Origin: Nitrososphaeraceae archaeon
GTDB lineage: Archaea; Thermoproteota; Nitrososphaeria; Nitrososphaerales; Nitrososphaeraceae
Direction of reading: 5' to 3'
Length of the DNA: 32,774 nt
Assembly: GCA_025936955.1 (NCBI GenBank)
Contig: JAICSL010000001.1
Coordinates: 1-32,774 of the forward strand
In this document: positions 17,953-28,466 of the stretch, in pieces
Position numbering within the stretch: position 1 is the stretch's first letter
Layout of the letters: each line of letters starts with the position of its first letter
Notes under the pieces: model-generated
The model's input: only the letters and a program-made list of their open reading frames with translations
Told to the model about the DNA's origin: nothing
Databases searched by the model: none
Translations under genes and position numbers: made by a program

Positions 17953-20088
17953 TTATCTTAGTCTAATTATTTCTCTAATATCCGGTACATTAGACCTTAT
18001 TTTTAACCGAGAATATATTGCACTAGCAGTATTTTCTGATTTTGACTTTTCACCATGATTTACAAGTACTCTTTTTGGCCTAATCTTGTATACAAAATTT
18101 AATATCTGATTAAAGTCACTGTGCCCACTAAATCCGTCTATTTTTTGGGTTTGACATCGAACGGGGATCACTTTTAATTTGCCATTTTTATCTAGCATGC
18201 TTACTTCTGTCATAGTTCCATCAATAACTCTTCTCCCTAATGTTCCATTAATCTGATAAGAGACAAAGATGATTTTATTCTTAGGATCAGGGGCAATTTC
18301 CTTAAAATATTCTACCGAAGGACCGCCTTCGAGCATTCCTGAAGTTGCCATAATGATAGACGGGTTCTGATCATTAAAAACTTCATCCCGCTTATTGGGA
18401 CCGTTGATTACAGTGAAATATTCAGACTGGAAGGGATTGATCCCTTGAGAAACAGATCTTCTTACATTAGAACCAAGATAATGAGCGTATGACATATGTA
18501 TGGCACTTGCCTCTGATATCATACCCTCTATATATACGGGTGATTCCACAAGACGACCCTCCTGCATCTCATTGTTTATGACAAGCATTATTTCCTGTGC
18601 CCTTCCCACTGCAGGTACAGGAATCAGCACTTTTCCTCCTTCTATTAACGTTTTATTTAAATTCTCGGTAAAATTCTTATAGACTACTGACTGGTCAGGC
18701 ATAATGTCACTAGTATTACCGTAAGTGCTTTCAGAGATAAGGGTTTCAACTCTTGGGTATAGGGATAAAGCACTATCTAAAAGCTGTGTTTTTGCAAATT
18801 TATAATCTCCTGAATATAATATGTTATGAGCTCCTGATATGTTGAGATGGACTGTGGAACTACCCATGATATGACCAGCATTGTTCAACGTAACCGTTAC
18901 ATCGGGAGAAATATCTGTTGGCCTACCATATGGAAGAGTTATACAATGTTTGATGACTTCATTGACATCTCTCACTTCGTATGGAAGATAGGTACCGTTG
19001 TTCTTTGCTATCTTAACAGAGTCAGTTTGAAGTAGTGTCATCAATGGTAAAGTAGGCTGTGTACAATATACTGGTCCATCATATCCAAACTTAAAAAGAG
19101 CAGGTAGAAAACCCTGATGATCAATATGGGCATGACTTATGATCACAGCATCGAGATCATCGAGATCAAAATTAAACCAATCCAGACGCGGATAGGCTGA
19201 CAATCCTGAAGTTTCACCAGGGTTTATTCCACAGTCCAACATTATTTTACTTTCTGGTGTTACTACAATGAAACATGATCTTCCAACCTGTTTAACCCCA
19301 CCAAGGCAGAAGAGCATTACTTCTTCCCTGTTACCTGTCCAAGATTGTGGTTTGCTATTGTTATCTTTCAGCATGGGTTGGTCCTTATGTACTGTTTCTC
19401 TGGAGGCGTCTATTGAGCTTTCAAGGTTATTCCCTATCAAAAGAGGAGCTCGAAAGATTCTTTTTCCAAGTTGTTGAAGAAATGTAGTCCTGTCCTTGGC
19501 AGAGCTCTTCAATACGGAGTGTATAGAATTTAGACAAGTAGATGGGATGTAAGGTGAACGCCTCATATGAGCTATCCAACCGGTAGATTGTGCAATTTCT
19601 ATTACCATTTTTTGTGCGATACTTTCCGGATGGTTAACTTCGATCACAATCTCGCCGGTTGCATCATCGCAAAAAACTGCAGAAACTAAAATGTCTTTTG
19701 GGAGCAAATTTATAACGACAGCCCTAGTCTTATCTTCTGGTAATCTTATTGAAGGGTCTGTACGAACGACAAATCTCTTTTTCAATGTCCTTGAGAGTGA
19801 AGACAGATGATAGGTTAATTCTGTAAGTGAGAATTTTGGATTTTTTGTGTATAACGCAATATTTGGTCCTTCGAATCTTGCCAGTGTAACCTTGGATTCT
19901 GCTGGAAGTGATTCTAAAACGGCTTTTGTAATTTCATCTTCATTCCTAGAAGTGATCCTGCTAGTAAAAACTTCCTTCTCTACTGAGTCATCTAAATGAG
20001 AAGTCTTAACGGGAGCAATCTCTGATTTCTTTTTAGTAGGTTGTTCATCGACGCCTACAATCGATCCATTTTCTTTGCTTTTTTCCAC
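17953..20088 (-). CDS. fttA: Beta-CASP ribonuclease aCPSF1 / transcription termination factor FttA
   Basis: N-terminal KH-like region (FEGPNIALYTKNP), LGG..QVGRSC, SHAHIDH, AGHIMGS, SGD, ESTYG, AVGRAQE, SGMLEGGPS, GFSGHSD, NHGE. Confidence 0.93.
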   Translation of the reverse strand: MEKSKENGSIVGVDEQPTKKKSEIAPVKTSHLDDSVEKEVFTSRITSRNEDEITKAVLESLPAESKVTLARFEGPNIALYTKNPKFSLTELTYHLSSLSRTLKKRFVVRTDPSIRLPEDKTRAVVINLLPKDILVSAVFCDDATGEIVIEVNHPESIAQKMVIEIAQSTGWIAHMRRSPYIPSTCLNSIHSVLKSSAKDRTTFLQQLGKRIFRAPLLIGNNLESSIDASRETVHKDQPMLKDNNSKPQSWTGNREEVMLFCLGGVKQVGRSCFIVVTPESKIMLDCGINPGETSGLSAYPRLDWFNFDLDDLDAVIISHAHIDHQGFLPALFKFGYDGPVYCTQPTLPLMTLLQTDSVKIAKNNGTYLPYEVRDVNEVIKHCITLPYGRPTDISPDVTVTLNNAGHIMGSSTVHLNISGAHNILYSGDYKFAKTQLLDSALSLYPRVETLISESTYGNTSDIMPDQSVVYKNFTENLNKTLIEGGKVLIPVPAVGRAQEIMLVINNEMQEGRLVESPVYIEGMISEASAIHMSYAHYLGSNVRRSVSQGINPFQSEYFTVINGPNKRDEVFNDQNPSIIMATSGMLEGGPSVEYFKEIAPDPKNKIIFVSYQINGTLGRRVIDGTMTEVSMLDKNGKLKVIPVRCQTQKIDGFSGHSDFNQILNFVYKIRPKRVLVNHGEKSKSENTASAIYSRLKIRSNVPDIREIIRLR

Positions 20089-20405
20089 TTTTATTCTTCG
20101 TCCAGCTCAGTACTGGTATTTTTGTGCCTAGGTTTTAGTTTTGTGCACTCATGATAAAGAGAGATAATTTTGAACTGCACCAGTAATATGCCAAATACTA
20201 CTACAGAGTATCCATTAATATGTTTATAGTTTCGATTATACTTGAGGGTACAAAAAGTAAGAGTTATTCAAATGTATCGTCGAGTACTTTCATGCTACTG
20301 ACTTTAAAGTAGAATTGGTCACATGAATCACAACAGCAGGAAAATTAGCTAGATAAATAGTTAAACAATACTTCAAATCTCTTGGATTGGGTTTGTTTTA
20401 TTGTT

Positions 20406-21629
20406 TTACCTTAGTACATACGGTAGGAATACCGACATAGCTACGATTATCGTCATAACGATGGTAATCACTAACGATGCATTAATTACTCTTTTTGTTT
20501 TCGTTTTACTTTGAATCAAATAATTGTATAACTGGCCTCCATCCATGGGACCTATAGGAAGGGCATTGAATATTCCCAAGTTAAAATTTATAAACCATAA
20601 CCAAAAAAAGAAATTAGCAAAGATAGAAAATGATGAGCCCAACATCTCGGATCCGTATCTAGGAGCCATCATATCTGAATAAGGAACAACACCTTGTTCT
20701 ATCGTCGGCGGGAGGATGAGTGCTATAGGATTAGTCCAAAAAAGATTCTTATAATTGGATAGAACTAAGGATGGATCAGGGTTGACGTCCCTTATGGAGA
20801 CTCCCAGTATTCCTCTCTTGTTCTCTGCGACTGGAGGAAGAGATATAGTGCGGAGTAATTTTTGACCGCTCTTATCCTGCCAAGTGATTCCTACCTTATT
20901 ACCAAGATTTGACCTTAGAACCGAAGATAGATTCTGGATATTCTGAATTTTTTGCCCTGCAACATTTTCTATTACCGAGTCCTTGGTTAATCCAACCGAT
21001 TCTGCAATCGAACTTGGGTTTACACTGAGAACCTTTACGCCGAGGGGTACAGGGCCTACCATATGTAAAGGATGTAAAGAATTAACAACAAAAAAAAGGG
21101 CGAACAATGAAATGAGTGCAAATATCATATTGTTTAAAGGACCAGCTGTAAGAATTGCACTTTTTATCTTATTGGAAGTCTTTTCTAATTCATCCCTATC
21201 GATGTTAACGAATGCTCCTATTGGAATTATTCCTAATAATAAAATTCCAGTCGATTCCACTTTAATATTGTATGCTCGAGCCACTATCCCGTGTCCTGCC
21301 TCATGTATTATCACAGTAATTACCAGCGCTATCCATCCATAACTCAATGGAAGATATGGATTTATACCTGGAATAAGCAAATTGGAGGTAGGGCCTATAT
21401 CGCGAGCACTCTCACGAACACCTGAGTTGGAAAATGTGAGTATAAGGGAAGTAACTATTAAAAAGATAGCCAAAGCTGTTATCACAGGCATTAAGTAAAT
21501 ATTACATTTAGCATAGAATTTTGCAATCCTATTTTTAGCTACTTTTTCAAAAAATCTTAAACCATATGGAGTATGTATTAGTACAAAAACAAATTTCCGT
21601 TCTACTCTTATCTTAGCTTGTTGCTCCAA
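20406..21629 (-). CDS. Site-2 protease (M50) membrane metalloprotease with PDZ domain
   Basis: HEAGH, GAFVNID, TAGPLNN, PDZ-like GVKVLSV.PSSIA...GL and FNALPIGPMDGG. The start is either TTG 21629 or ATG 21668. Confidence 0.92.
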   Translation of the reverse strand: MEQQAKIRVERKFVFVLIHTPYGLRFFEKVAKNRIAKFYAKCNIYLMPVITALAIFLIVTSLILTFSNSGVRESARDIGPTSNLLIPGINPYLPLSYGWIALVITVIIHEAGHGIVARAYNIKVESTGILLLGIIPIGAFVNIDRDELEKTSNKIKSAILTAGPLNNMIFALISLFALFFVVNSLHPLHMVGPVPLGVKVLSVNPSSIAESVGLTKDSVIENVAGQKIQNIQNLSSVLRSNLGNKVGITWQDKSGQKLLRTISLPPVAENKRGILGVSIRDVNPDPSLVLSNYKNLFWTNPIALILPPTIEQGVVPYSDMMAPRYGSEMLGSSFSIFANFFFWLWFINFNLGIFNALPIGPMDGGQLYNYLIQSKTKTKRVINASLVITIVMTIIVAMSVFLPYVLR

Positions 21630-22207
21630 ACACTTGTCATAGGCAACAACCTTATTTAAATTAAACATTGGAATAATCTAATATCCGTTTTGAGAATTCT
21701 ATTGAATTATTGCCAGATGCAGTCAATTCAAAGGATAAATTTACTTTGTGTGATAAACTACTGTTTATAATTGCACCAATTTTTTTTATTCGATAACGAC
21801 CGGAGCACGTTTTTAATAAGGTCCTCTAAAGGGGAAACTACAAGGAATCATGATGAAATATGGTATGAGATATTTCGATTGGTATATAATTTTGAGAAGA
21901 TGAATGTCAAATAAACATATGTGTTCGTGTCATGTGAATCTGCTCACTGATTGATTTATGATTGATTGATTGTTTCTGAAATCAGGCTAATCAACGATCA
22001 ATTTATCGATATGTGCAGTGGCCTTGTATTGAAACATTATAGAAATGGTATTTATATCATCTTATCGATATTAGATAGGATTCCCGTTACTCAAATGAAT
22101 TGGTGGTAATTAGATACACCAGATCCAAATATCCTTCTGGCTGAACCAAAATGAAGGTAAATTTCAGATTCGAGTACATATATAAATTCAATGCAAGAAT
22201 CACGAGG

Positions 22208-22594
22208 TTATTGGTTTAACAATACGGCATTAACTGTGCCCTCCTGTCCAGGCCTTGATACAACTTTAGCTAGTCCAACCTCGGTTTCTAATATTGCCCC
22301 TTTACTTATTACTCCCCTTCTTTCGTAATCTTTGTTCGCTGGATTCTTCGAGACCTGTAAAATTTTTGACTTGATTACTTTCTTGCTTTTACTGTCCGTT
22401 ACTGATGCAAAGTCGACTGTTTTTATGGCACTCTTGATATTATTACCTCTAGTTCTTCTTGTAACGATATCAATATTGCCTAGAATAGCTTCATTAGGAT
22501 ATCTGTCAATTTCATACTTTCGCCTCCCTCTTAAAGGAAATATTCGGCCACCGGTATATTTCCGACCAGTTAGATTCTCAATGGATTTTCGCAT
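22208..22594 (-). CDS. rps8e: 30S ribosomal protein S8e
   Basis: RKYTGGR....RGRRKYE, RTRGNN.K, NPAN.DY.RRGVISKGAILETE.GLAKV.SRPGQEG.VNAVL. Confidence 0.97.
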   Translation of the reverse strand: MRKSIENLTGRKYTGGRIFPLRGRRKYEIDRYPNEAILGNIDIVTRRTRGNNIKSAIKTVDFASVTDSKSKKVIKSKILQVSKNPANKDYERRGVISKGAILETEVGLAKVVSRPGQEGTVNAVLLNQ

Positions 22595-22671
22595 AATAAT
22601 TTTATTTTTTCGTGCTAATTAAGGCTTGCTGTAGAAATGCTAGGACTATTTACTATACTCTTCGGCAGCAG

Positions 22672-23178
22672 TCATTCCATTTTTTTTCTAAGAGAGTTCA
22701 AATCGGCAACCCCAAAGTATTCCTGAAACTTCTTTGTTGTTTTATATACTTTCAGCCTTCCAACGTTATCATGTTCAACAAAATTTGTCCGCTCCAAGTC
22801 CCTGAGATGGGTGTATACTTGGCTACCTCTTATTTGCACAAGCCGCTTTGAAGTTATGGGTTCTTCGTACGCAACATAGGAAAGTGTCTTGAGAGTAGCA
22901 TTCGACATTACAGGACGTTGTGCATATTTTCTAATAATTGGAGTATATTCGGGTTTCAACTGGAATACGAAATTCCCGTCCTCTAACTTACAAATCTCAA
23001 TCGCTCTAAAAATAGATCTTGTTAATTCAGCCAAATTATTGAGAATTTTTATTGTTTTCTGTTTAGAATTGCTTCCTGATGCCTTAATAAGTTCATCCAG
23101 GGATAATGGTCTTCCTGCCGAATACAAAGCGGCCTCGATTCTGGCGGTGATTTCGTCGGTAGAGAGTGTCTGTGTCAC
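22672..23178 (-). CDS. scpB: SMC-Scp complex subunit ScpB
   Basis: IEAALYSAGRPLS..EL, TLKTLSYVAY.EPIT...LVQIRG, GR...YKTTKKF.EYFG..DL. Confidence 0.93.
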   Translation of the reverse strand: MTQTLSTDEITARIEAALYSAGRPLSLDELIKASGSNSKQKTIKILNNLAELTRSIFRAIEICKLEDGNFVFQLKPEYTPIIRKYAQRPVMSNATLKTLSYVAYEEPITSKRLVQIRGSQVYTHLRDLERTNFVEHDNVGRLKVYKTTKKFQEYFGVADLNSLRKKME

Positions 23179-23206
23179 ATTCTAATCCTAGCAAATAATT
23201 TTTCCG

Positions 23207-23905
23207 TTATTCTTTTTTGTCAAGATAAACTATTTTAATGTCGTCGCTATCTTGCATTTGTTCCAAATCAACCTTTCCCTTCATGGCCAGGTAAAGCATG
23301 GCGATAAAATACCTCACAACCTCTATTTGTTCCATGTTTTTTATAATAGTTTTAAACATAATTACCTTATCTGCATATGCAATGTCCATAATCATATTCT
23401 CATAGCTTTGTAATAATTGTTCAAATTTAACAAGGTACCTATCAAAATCAAACGTTTCAATTGGATCAAATCCAGTTTGTTTCCTTTTAAGTTTGGGAGT
23501 TCCTAGATGAGAGATCATATTCTCAAGAGCATGCATTAATTCTTCTAAAGAAACAGGATAGGTGGGTTCAATTCTATATGGGACCTGAATAGTATTAATT
23601 TGAGGTATGGGTCGCTCCAATTTCGGTTCCTCTATTCCTTTTTTCTGCATGGCAGTTTTCTCCAGCTTAAATATAGTTTCTACTTTTAGTCGATGGATAA
23701 TTGAAGATGAATGAGCTGCAATCCCACAAACCCGGAGATCCTTCAGATGTGTTTTGTTGATAATCTCTAGAAGTGTCTGGAGAAGAGCAACAACGTCTAC
23801 ATTCCATATCTCTTTCTTTGCAAGAAGTGAAAGGTTAAACAGTAAGTTTAATGGGGGCTGCGCCATTATCTTTTTTGGATCTTCCTGCGAATCTTCTTGA
23901 GTCAA
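23207..23905 (-). CDS. scpA: Kleisin ScpA (segregation and condensation protein A)
   Basis: PPLNLLF.......IWNVDVV, DLRVCGIAA..SS.I..LK, VSLEELM.AL, YFIAMLYLA..GKVDLEQ; immediately upstream of scpB. Confidence 0.88.
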   Translation of the reverse strand: MTQEDSQEDPKKIMAQPPLNLLFNLSLLAKKEIWNVDVVALLQTLLEIINKTHLKDLRVCGIAAHSSSIIHRLKVETIFKLEKTAMQKKGIEEPKLERPIPQINTIQVPYRIEPTYPVSLEELMHALENMISHLGTPKLKRKQTGFDPIETFDFDRYLVKFEQLLQSYENMIMDIAYADKVIMFKTIIKNMEQIEVVRYFIAMLYLAMKGKVDLEQMQDSDDIKIVYLDKKE

Positions 23906-24195
23906 TGCTAGTAGGTCAGCATATAAGAATAATAATTTATCTCATATTTGAAAATGCTATCCAATGCTAAGGAGTGTATAGGGTAATTAATACGTCTTCT
24001 ATCTACTTGCGAAACTTTTGGAACTCAAACTGGGATAGACACTTTATTGATTGCATCTCATTATGGAGTTCAAAGTGGTGTTCAAGCTGCTCGATAGATT
24101 CTTGACGTAATTTAATTTTTATTAAGTGTCCAACTGAGAGAATAATACTGGATCCAAGGAATACAATTTAATCTCTACTGCGTAATCTATACTTA

Positions 24196-24579
24196 TTGCG
24201 CAATAATATTATTGCTATAATAGCAATTACGTTCGTTGTAATGGGGACTTTATGGGGGGTTGGAAATTTGACCCATCCTCACAACCAACATACTACCGCA
24301 AAGGTTGAAGGTATACTTTTGATAGCCCAAAATAATGTTTTCAATGAAACTAATCCTGATATATATGTTAAAACAAACATTCCAAAAAAAATAGTAGTGG
24401 TCAACAAGGACTTTGTGAGACATGACTTTATTGTAAATGAATTGAATGTGAATACCGCATATCTATCTTCAGAACAGGTCTTCACAACCGCTATTGCATC
24501 AAAAAATCAAGGAATATTTGAATACTATTGTTCATTACATCCATCTACAATGCATGGAAAGATAATAGTTAAATCATAA
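24196..24579 (+). CDS. Membrane-anchored cupredoxin (type 1 blue copper) domain protein
   Basis: N-terminal TM/signal; N.D...HDF and YYCSLHPSTMHG.I.V supply the His/Cys/His/Met ligand set. Confidence 0.88.
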   Translation: MRNNIIAIIAITFVVMGTLWGVGNLTHPHNQHTTAKVEGILLIAQNNVFNETNPDIYVKTNIPKKIVVVNKDFVRHDFIVNELNVNTAYLSSEQVFTTAIASKNQGIFEYYCSLHPSTMHGKIIVKS

Positions 24580-24618
24580 GAGTAGGATTGTACGCTGCAT
24601 ATTAGATTTATTCAATGT

Positions 24619-27006
24619 TTATGTGTGATCTACTAACTTCAAATTATGCATGTCTACAAGATCTTTTTCGAATGACTCAAGCTCAGGTGGCACAGACATT
24701 TCTATCGAGTCCTTTAACGAAAGTGGATTTCTTGTTATCGGTGAGATTGTTTGTTTTTTCTTATTCCATACAAGAGAGTTAAAATCGATAATAAGTTTTG
24801 TATATTTTATCAAGTCATCATTAAGTCCTTCGGAACTAGGCATTGCCTGAAGGTGAATGCTTTTTACAGAGTACATCTTTCTCCATAACTCTTCTGTAAT
24901 AAATGGACATATGGGTGCAAGCAACAATAAAATAGTTGAAAAACACCTATGCAACGCGAACAATGCTGATGCTTGACTTACTTTATCTTCTTTATTATAT
25001 GCTCTTCCCTTAACCATCTCTAAATAATGAGGAGCGAAAAGTTCCCAGGTAAATTCCCTAATGGCCTTTGCAACCATAAAGAAGTTAAATTCATTGTAAG
25101 CGTTCTTGCAGCTTTGAATCAGCTGGGATAATTCGGCAAGTACCCACTTGTCAGAGCTAAGAAGCTGAGCCGTATTAGTGGCTAAAGCTGGTTGATACTC
25201 ATCAAAAGATGAAATGAATCTAGCGATATTCCATATTTTCGACAAGAATTTCTGAGAATTTGCAATTTTTTCTTCTGAGCATCTGAAATCATAGCCAAGG
25301 TTAACTTCGCTTGCCGACCAAAATCTAAAGGTATCTGCACCATACTTTTCAATTATGGGTAATGGATCTATTACATTTCCTTTACTTTTGCTCATCTTTT
25401 CACCTTTATCATCCAAACCAAATCCCATTATCCACGCATCAGACCAGGGTATCCTTCCTGTTATTGTGTAGCACCTTAGAAGGGTATAATATAACCAAGT
25501 TCTAACAATATCCTTTGCTTGAGGTCGAATCCTTGTAGGATAATAATTATTGTGAAACTCTATGTCCTGTTGGTACTTTGTAATGAATAGGGGAGAGATA
25601 CTTGAATCCATCCACGTGTCAAAGATTCTTATCTCACCGGAAAACTCACTGCCCCCACATTTAATACATCTTACAAAGGGAGGTTTCTCTTTCCAAGGAC
25701 GATAGTAGTTGCCGGGTTCAGGAAGCATTGGATGATGACAAGAGTTACAAAACCATACCGGAATTTCAGTACCATAATATCTCCTCCTCGAGATTGGCCA
25801 ATCTATTGATACAGAGTCTAGCCAGTTAACTAAGATCTGCTTGTGAAATTGTGGATGAAACGTGATCTCTTCAGCGAGTTCTTTCAACTTGGGAATGTAA
25901 TCGAGTTGTTTTAAATAGTAGTCCTGTAAAGGCAATATCTCGATAGGAGTCTTACTCCTTTCGCATAGAGGTGTTCTATGTACTATTGATTCTTCTCTTT
26001 GAATAATACCTAGTTTCTCTAAGTCTTCGATGATTTTCTTTCTTGCATTCTTTACTCTGAGATTGGCGTATGGACCAGCGTTAGTGGTAGTAAGACCAAC
26101 CTCGTTCAGAGCTACAATTTCTTTTAAACCTAATTCTCGAAAGATGTTAACATCATTCTGATCGCCATAACTACATACCATAACGGCGCCTGATCCGAAT
26201 TCCTGTTTTACTGAGTGATGAGGGAAAATTTTAACTGATCTGTTGAAAATGGGCAACTGAACATATTTCCCGTGAAGATCTTTATAACGCTGATCGTTCG
26301 GATTAACAATTATAGATTGACATGCAAATAACAATTCTGGTCTCGTGGAAGCCACCGATATTTTATTACTCGATCCTTCAACATTAAAGCTCATGTATAC
26401 AAGTTTCGTTGGAATCTCTTCATAAATTATTTCTGCGTCAGCTATAGTAGTTCCACATTCAAAGCAATAGTTATTAGGTCTATTAGCCATATATATGAGA
26501 CCTCGATTCCACAAATCAATAAACGTACTCTGAGTTAAAGCCCTAAATTCTTTTGAGTCAGTTCGGTAATATCCGCTAAAGTTTCCACTCATCCCCATGT
26601 TCTTCATTATTTGGATCATATCATCTTCTAAATTATCAAGAGTAATCTTACATAGGTCGATAAATTCCTCTCTATTCATCTGACGCATCCTAATATTGTG
26701 TTTTTTTTCTGTGTATATTTCGACAGGCAAACCGTTTCTATCTATGCCTATTGGAAACAGAACGTTGTAATCCATCATTCGTGCAGTACGTGCAATCATA
26801 TCAATTTGTGCATAATGAGCTGCTGCTCCAATATGCCAAGGTTTTCCGGAAGGATAGGGAGGAGGTGTATCTATAACAAAAGGTTTTTTTTGTTTTGAAA
26901 ATGACAAATTGTAAATATCGTTTTCTTCCCAATCATTTAAGATGGTCTTTTCCAAAGCTGGATCCCATGACTTGGCTTTAATTTTAGGCTCGTTCAATCG
27001 TTTCAT
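24619..27006 (-). CDS. valS: Valine--tRNA ligase (archaeal type)
   Basis: IDTPPPYPSG..WHIGA, STRPELL, FGSGAVMVCSYGD, DWPISRRRYYGT, FDTWMDSSISP, KMSKSKGN. Confidence 0.95.
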   Translation of the reverse strand: MKRLNEPKIKAKSWDPALEKTILNDWEENDIYNLSFSKQKKPFVIDTPPPYPSGKPWHIGAAAHYAQIDMIARTARMMDYNVLFPIGIDRNGLPVEIYTEKKHNIRMRQMNREEFIDLCKITLDNLEDDMIQIMKNMGMSGNFSGYYRTDSKEFRALTQSTFIDLWNRGLIYMANRPNNYCFECGTTIADAEIIYEEIPTKLVYMSFNVEGSSNKISVASTRPELLFACQSIIVNPNDQRYKDLHGKYVQLPIFNRSVKIFPHHSVKQEFGSGAVMVCSYGDQNDVNIFRELGLKEIVALNEVGLTTTNAGPYANLRVKNARKKIIEDLEKLGIIQREESIVHRTPLCERSKTPIEILPLQDYYLKQLDYIPKLKELAEEITFHPQFHKQILVNWLDSVSIDWPISRRRYYGTEIPVWFCNSCHHPMLPEPGNYYRPWKEKPPFVRCIKCGGSEFSGEIRIFDTWMDSSISPLFITKYQQDIEFHNNYYPTRIRPQAKDIVRTWLYYTLLRCYTITGRIPWSDAWIMGFGLDDKGEKMSKSKGNVIDPLPIIEKYGADTFRFWSASEVNLGYDFRCSEEKIANSQKFLSKIWNIARFISSFDEYQPALATNTAQLLSSDKWVLAELSQLIQSCKNAYNEFNFFMVAKAIREFTWELFAPHYLEMVKGRAYNKEDKVSQASALFALHRCFSTILLLLAPICPFITEELWRKMYSVKSIHLQAMPSSEGLNDDLIKYTKLIIDFNSLVWNKKKQTISPITRNPLSLKDSIEMSVPPELESFEKDLVDMHNLKLVDHT

Positions 27007-27352
27007 TTAATGAAATATAATACGGTTATTAACGTTAGTGTAGTGGCTATGCTAGATCAAGATATTTTACATTTGATAAGTGTTTATCGTTATACCACAA
27101 TTTTAAATATTTTCTCTAGTATTGTACCTCTATTTTTCGTGTCCCTATAACAGACATTATCAACATCAACCATAATAGTAGGCTGTTTTCTAATTCCAGC
27201 CCGTTCTTCTAAACCCATTTTGATGCGATATGCTCGATATGGGTCTGATATCGTTACCCTAGGAAAGATATTCGATTTCCTCTCATACCCTTTATAAAGA
27301 TGTACTGGCTGAGGCATAAAGGGTTTATCTTGTATAATACCATATAGTTGGT

Positions 27353-27592
27353 ATGCCAATGGCATATGTCCTAATAAATTGTGATCTAGGTTATGAAAAA
27401 GAAACCATCAATAGGCTTAAAGAATTGGCGGAAATAACAGAAGTCTATGGTGTCTACGGGGTTTACGACGTTCTTGTAAAGGTTAAGGCGGACACAATGG
27501 ATAGAGTTAAAGAAATTATTACATGGAATATCAGACGAATTGATAAAATAAGATCAACATTGACTTTGATTGAAATTGAAGGTCAACATTGA
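27353..27592 (+). CDS. Stand-alone Lrp/AsnC ligand-binding domain protein
   Basis: MAYVLINCDLG.E......L......EVYGVYGVYDVLVKV.A........I...IRRIDKIRSTLTL. Confidence 0.92.
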   Translation: MPMAYVLINCDLGYEKETINRLKELAEITEVYGVYGVYDVLVKVKADTMDRVKEIITWNIRRIDKIRSTLTLIEIEGQH

Positions 27593-28114
27593 AGATCTAA
27601 TTATAGAAAGATAATGCAGGAGAAGAACTGTGTGCAAGCATTCTTCAACATGGCTATCTCATTCAAAGAAGAATTTTATATCTGGCGCCAGTAAATGTCC
27701 CAGGTAAATTACTGAAAGTAATTTGCATTGTGAAATCTCAAATGAGATATAAGATATCATATTATAATCCGATAAATATCTTTGTCCTCAGCGTATGAAT
27801 GGAATATCAGCTAAGGATCTTGATGGCCTCCACCATGATAAGTTTGCTACTTTTTAGTCAAGGGGGTATATTTACAAAAGTCATCTTGGCTGGAAACAAT
27901 TTTTTTAATGATGTTTTTTCGAAAATAGCTCAAAGTATTTATTTTACATTTAAGACCCAAGTTATCATCGATAAAGAGGCTATTCTAACGTGAGCCGACT
28001 ATCCTCATCTTGAACAATATCTGCATGTCATGAATAAAACAAAAGTATCGAAAACAAACGCAAATGGAACTGTCCTTATAAATGATAGGTTTAAAGCCTG
28101 CTATTCTAAATTAT

Positions 28115-28318
28115 CTATCTCATACTAGTCCCATATATGGCACCTAGACTATCAACCAACTTACCAGATTTTAAGTCATATTTCTCGATTGTTAAATGTT
28201 CGGTCTTTTTTCGATGTTCGTCTACATCAGAATGAAAAACAAATCTAGACCTACACTTATTACATACCCACATCATCTTTAAATCATCATGGTGCATGTT
28301 AATCCTTAGTATGTTCAT
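28115..28318 (-). CDS. Small C2H2 zinc-finger protein
   Basis: WVCNKCRSRFVFHSDVDEHRKKTEH...KYDL.SGK; the true start may be a downstream Met. Confidence 0.78.
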   Translation of the reverse strand: MNILRINMHHDDLKMMWVCNKCRSRFVFHSDVDEHRKKTEHLTIEKYDLKSGKLVDSLGAIYGTSMR

Positions 28319-28466
28319 TTAATATAAGGGGTCGGTAAGCTTATTTTATTTATTTTAGTAGAATTCTGTTTCTATAAATTCAAATATAGAGTTATTCCTA
28401 ACATTCTATACATTTTTATTCTATTTAAAAAAAATATATAAAAAGAAGTAATCATCACCCGTAGGA

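Noticed and set aside
21850..22000. C-box-like ATGATGA with a distant CTGA and short (TGAT)n repeats
   Set aside because: The ~100-nt spacing is too long for a typical archaeal C/D sRNA, there are no clear C'/D' boxes, and the repeats are low-complexity, not CRISPR.
23975..24115. Stop-interrupted protein-like fragment upstream of scpA
   Set aside because: Not recognisable as smc or any other gene remnant.
27090..27365. 91-aa minus-strand ORF
   Set aside because: Overlaps the start and promoter of the Lrp-domain gene; no motifs.
27799..27993. 64-aa plus-strand ORF
   Set aside because: No motif or family recognised; cannot be supported without homology data.
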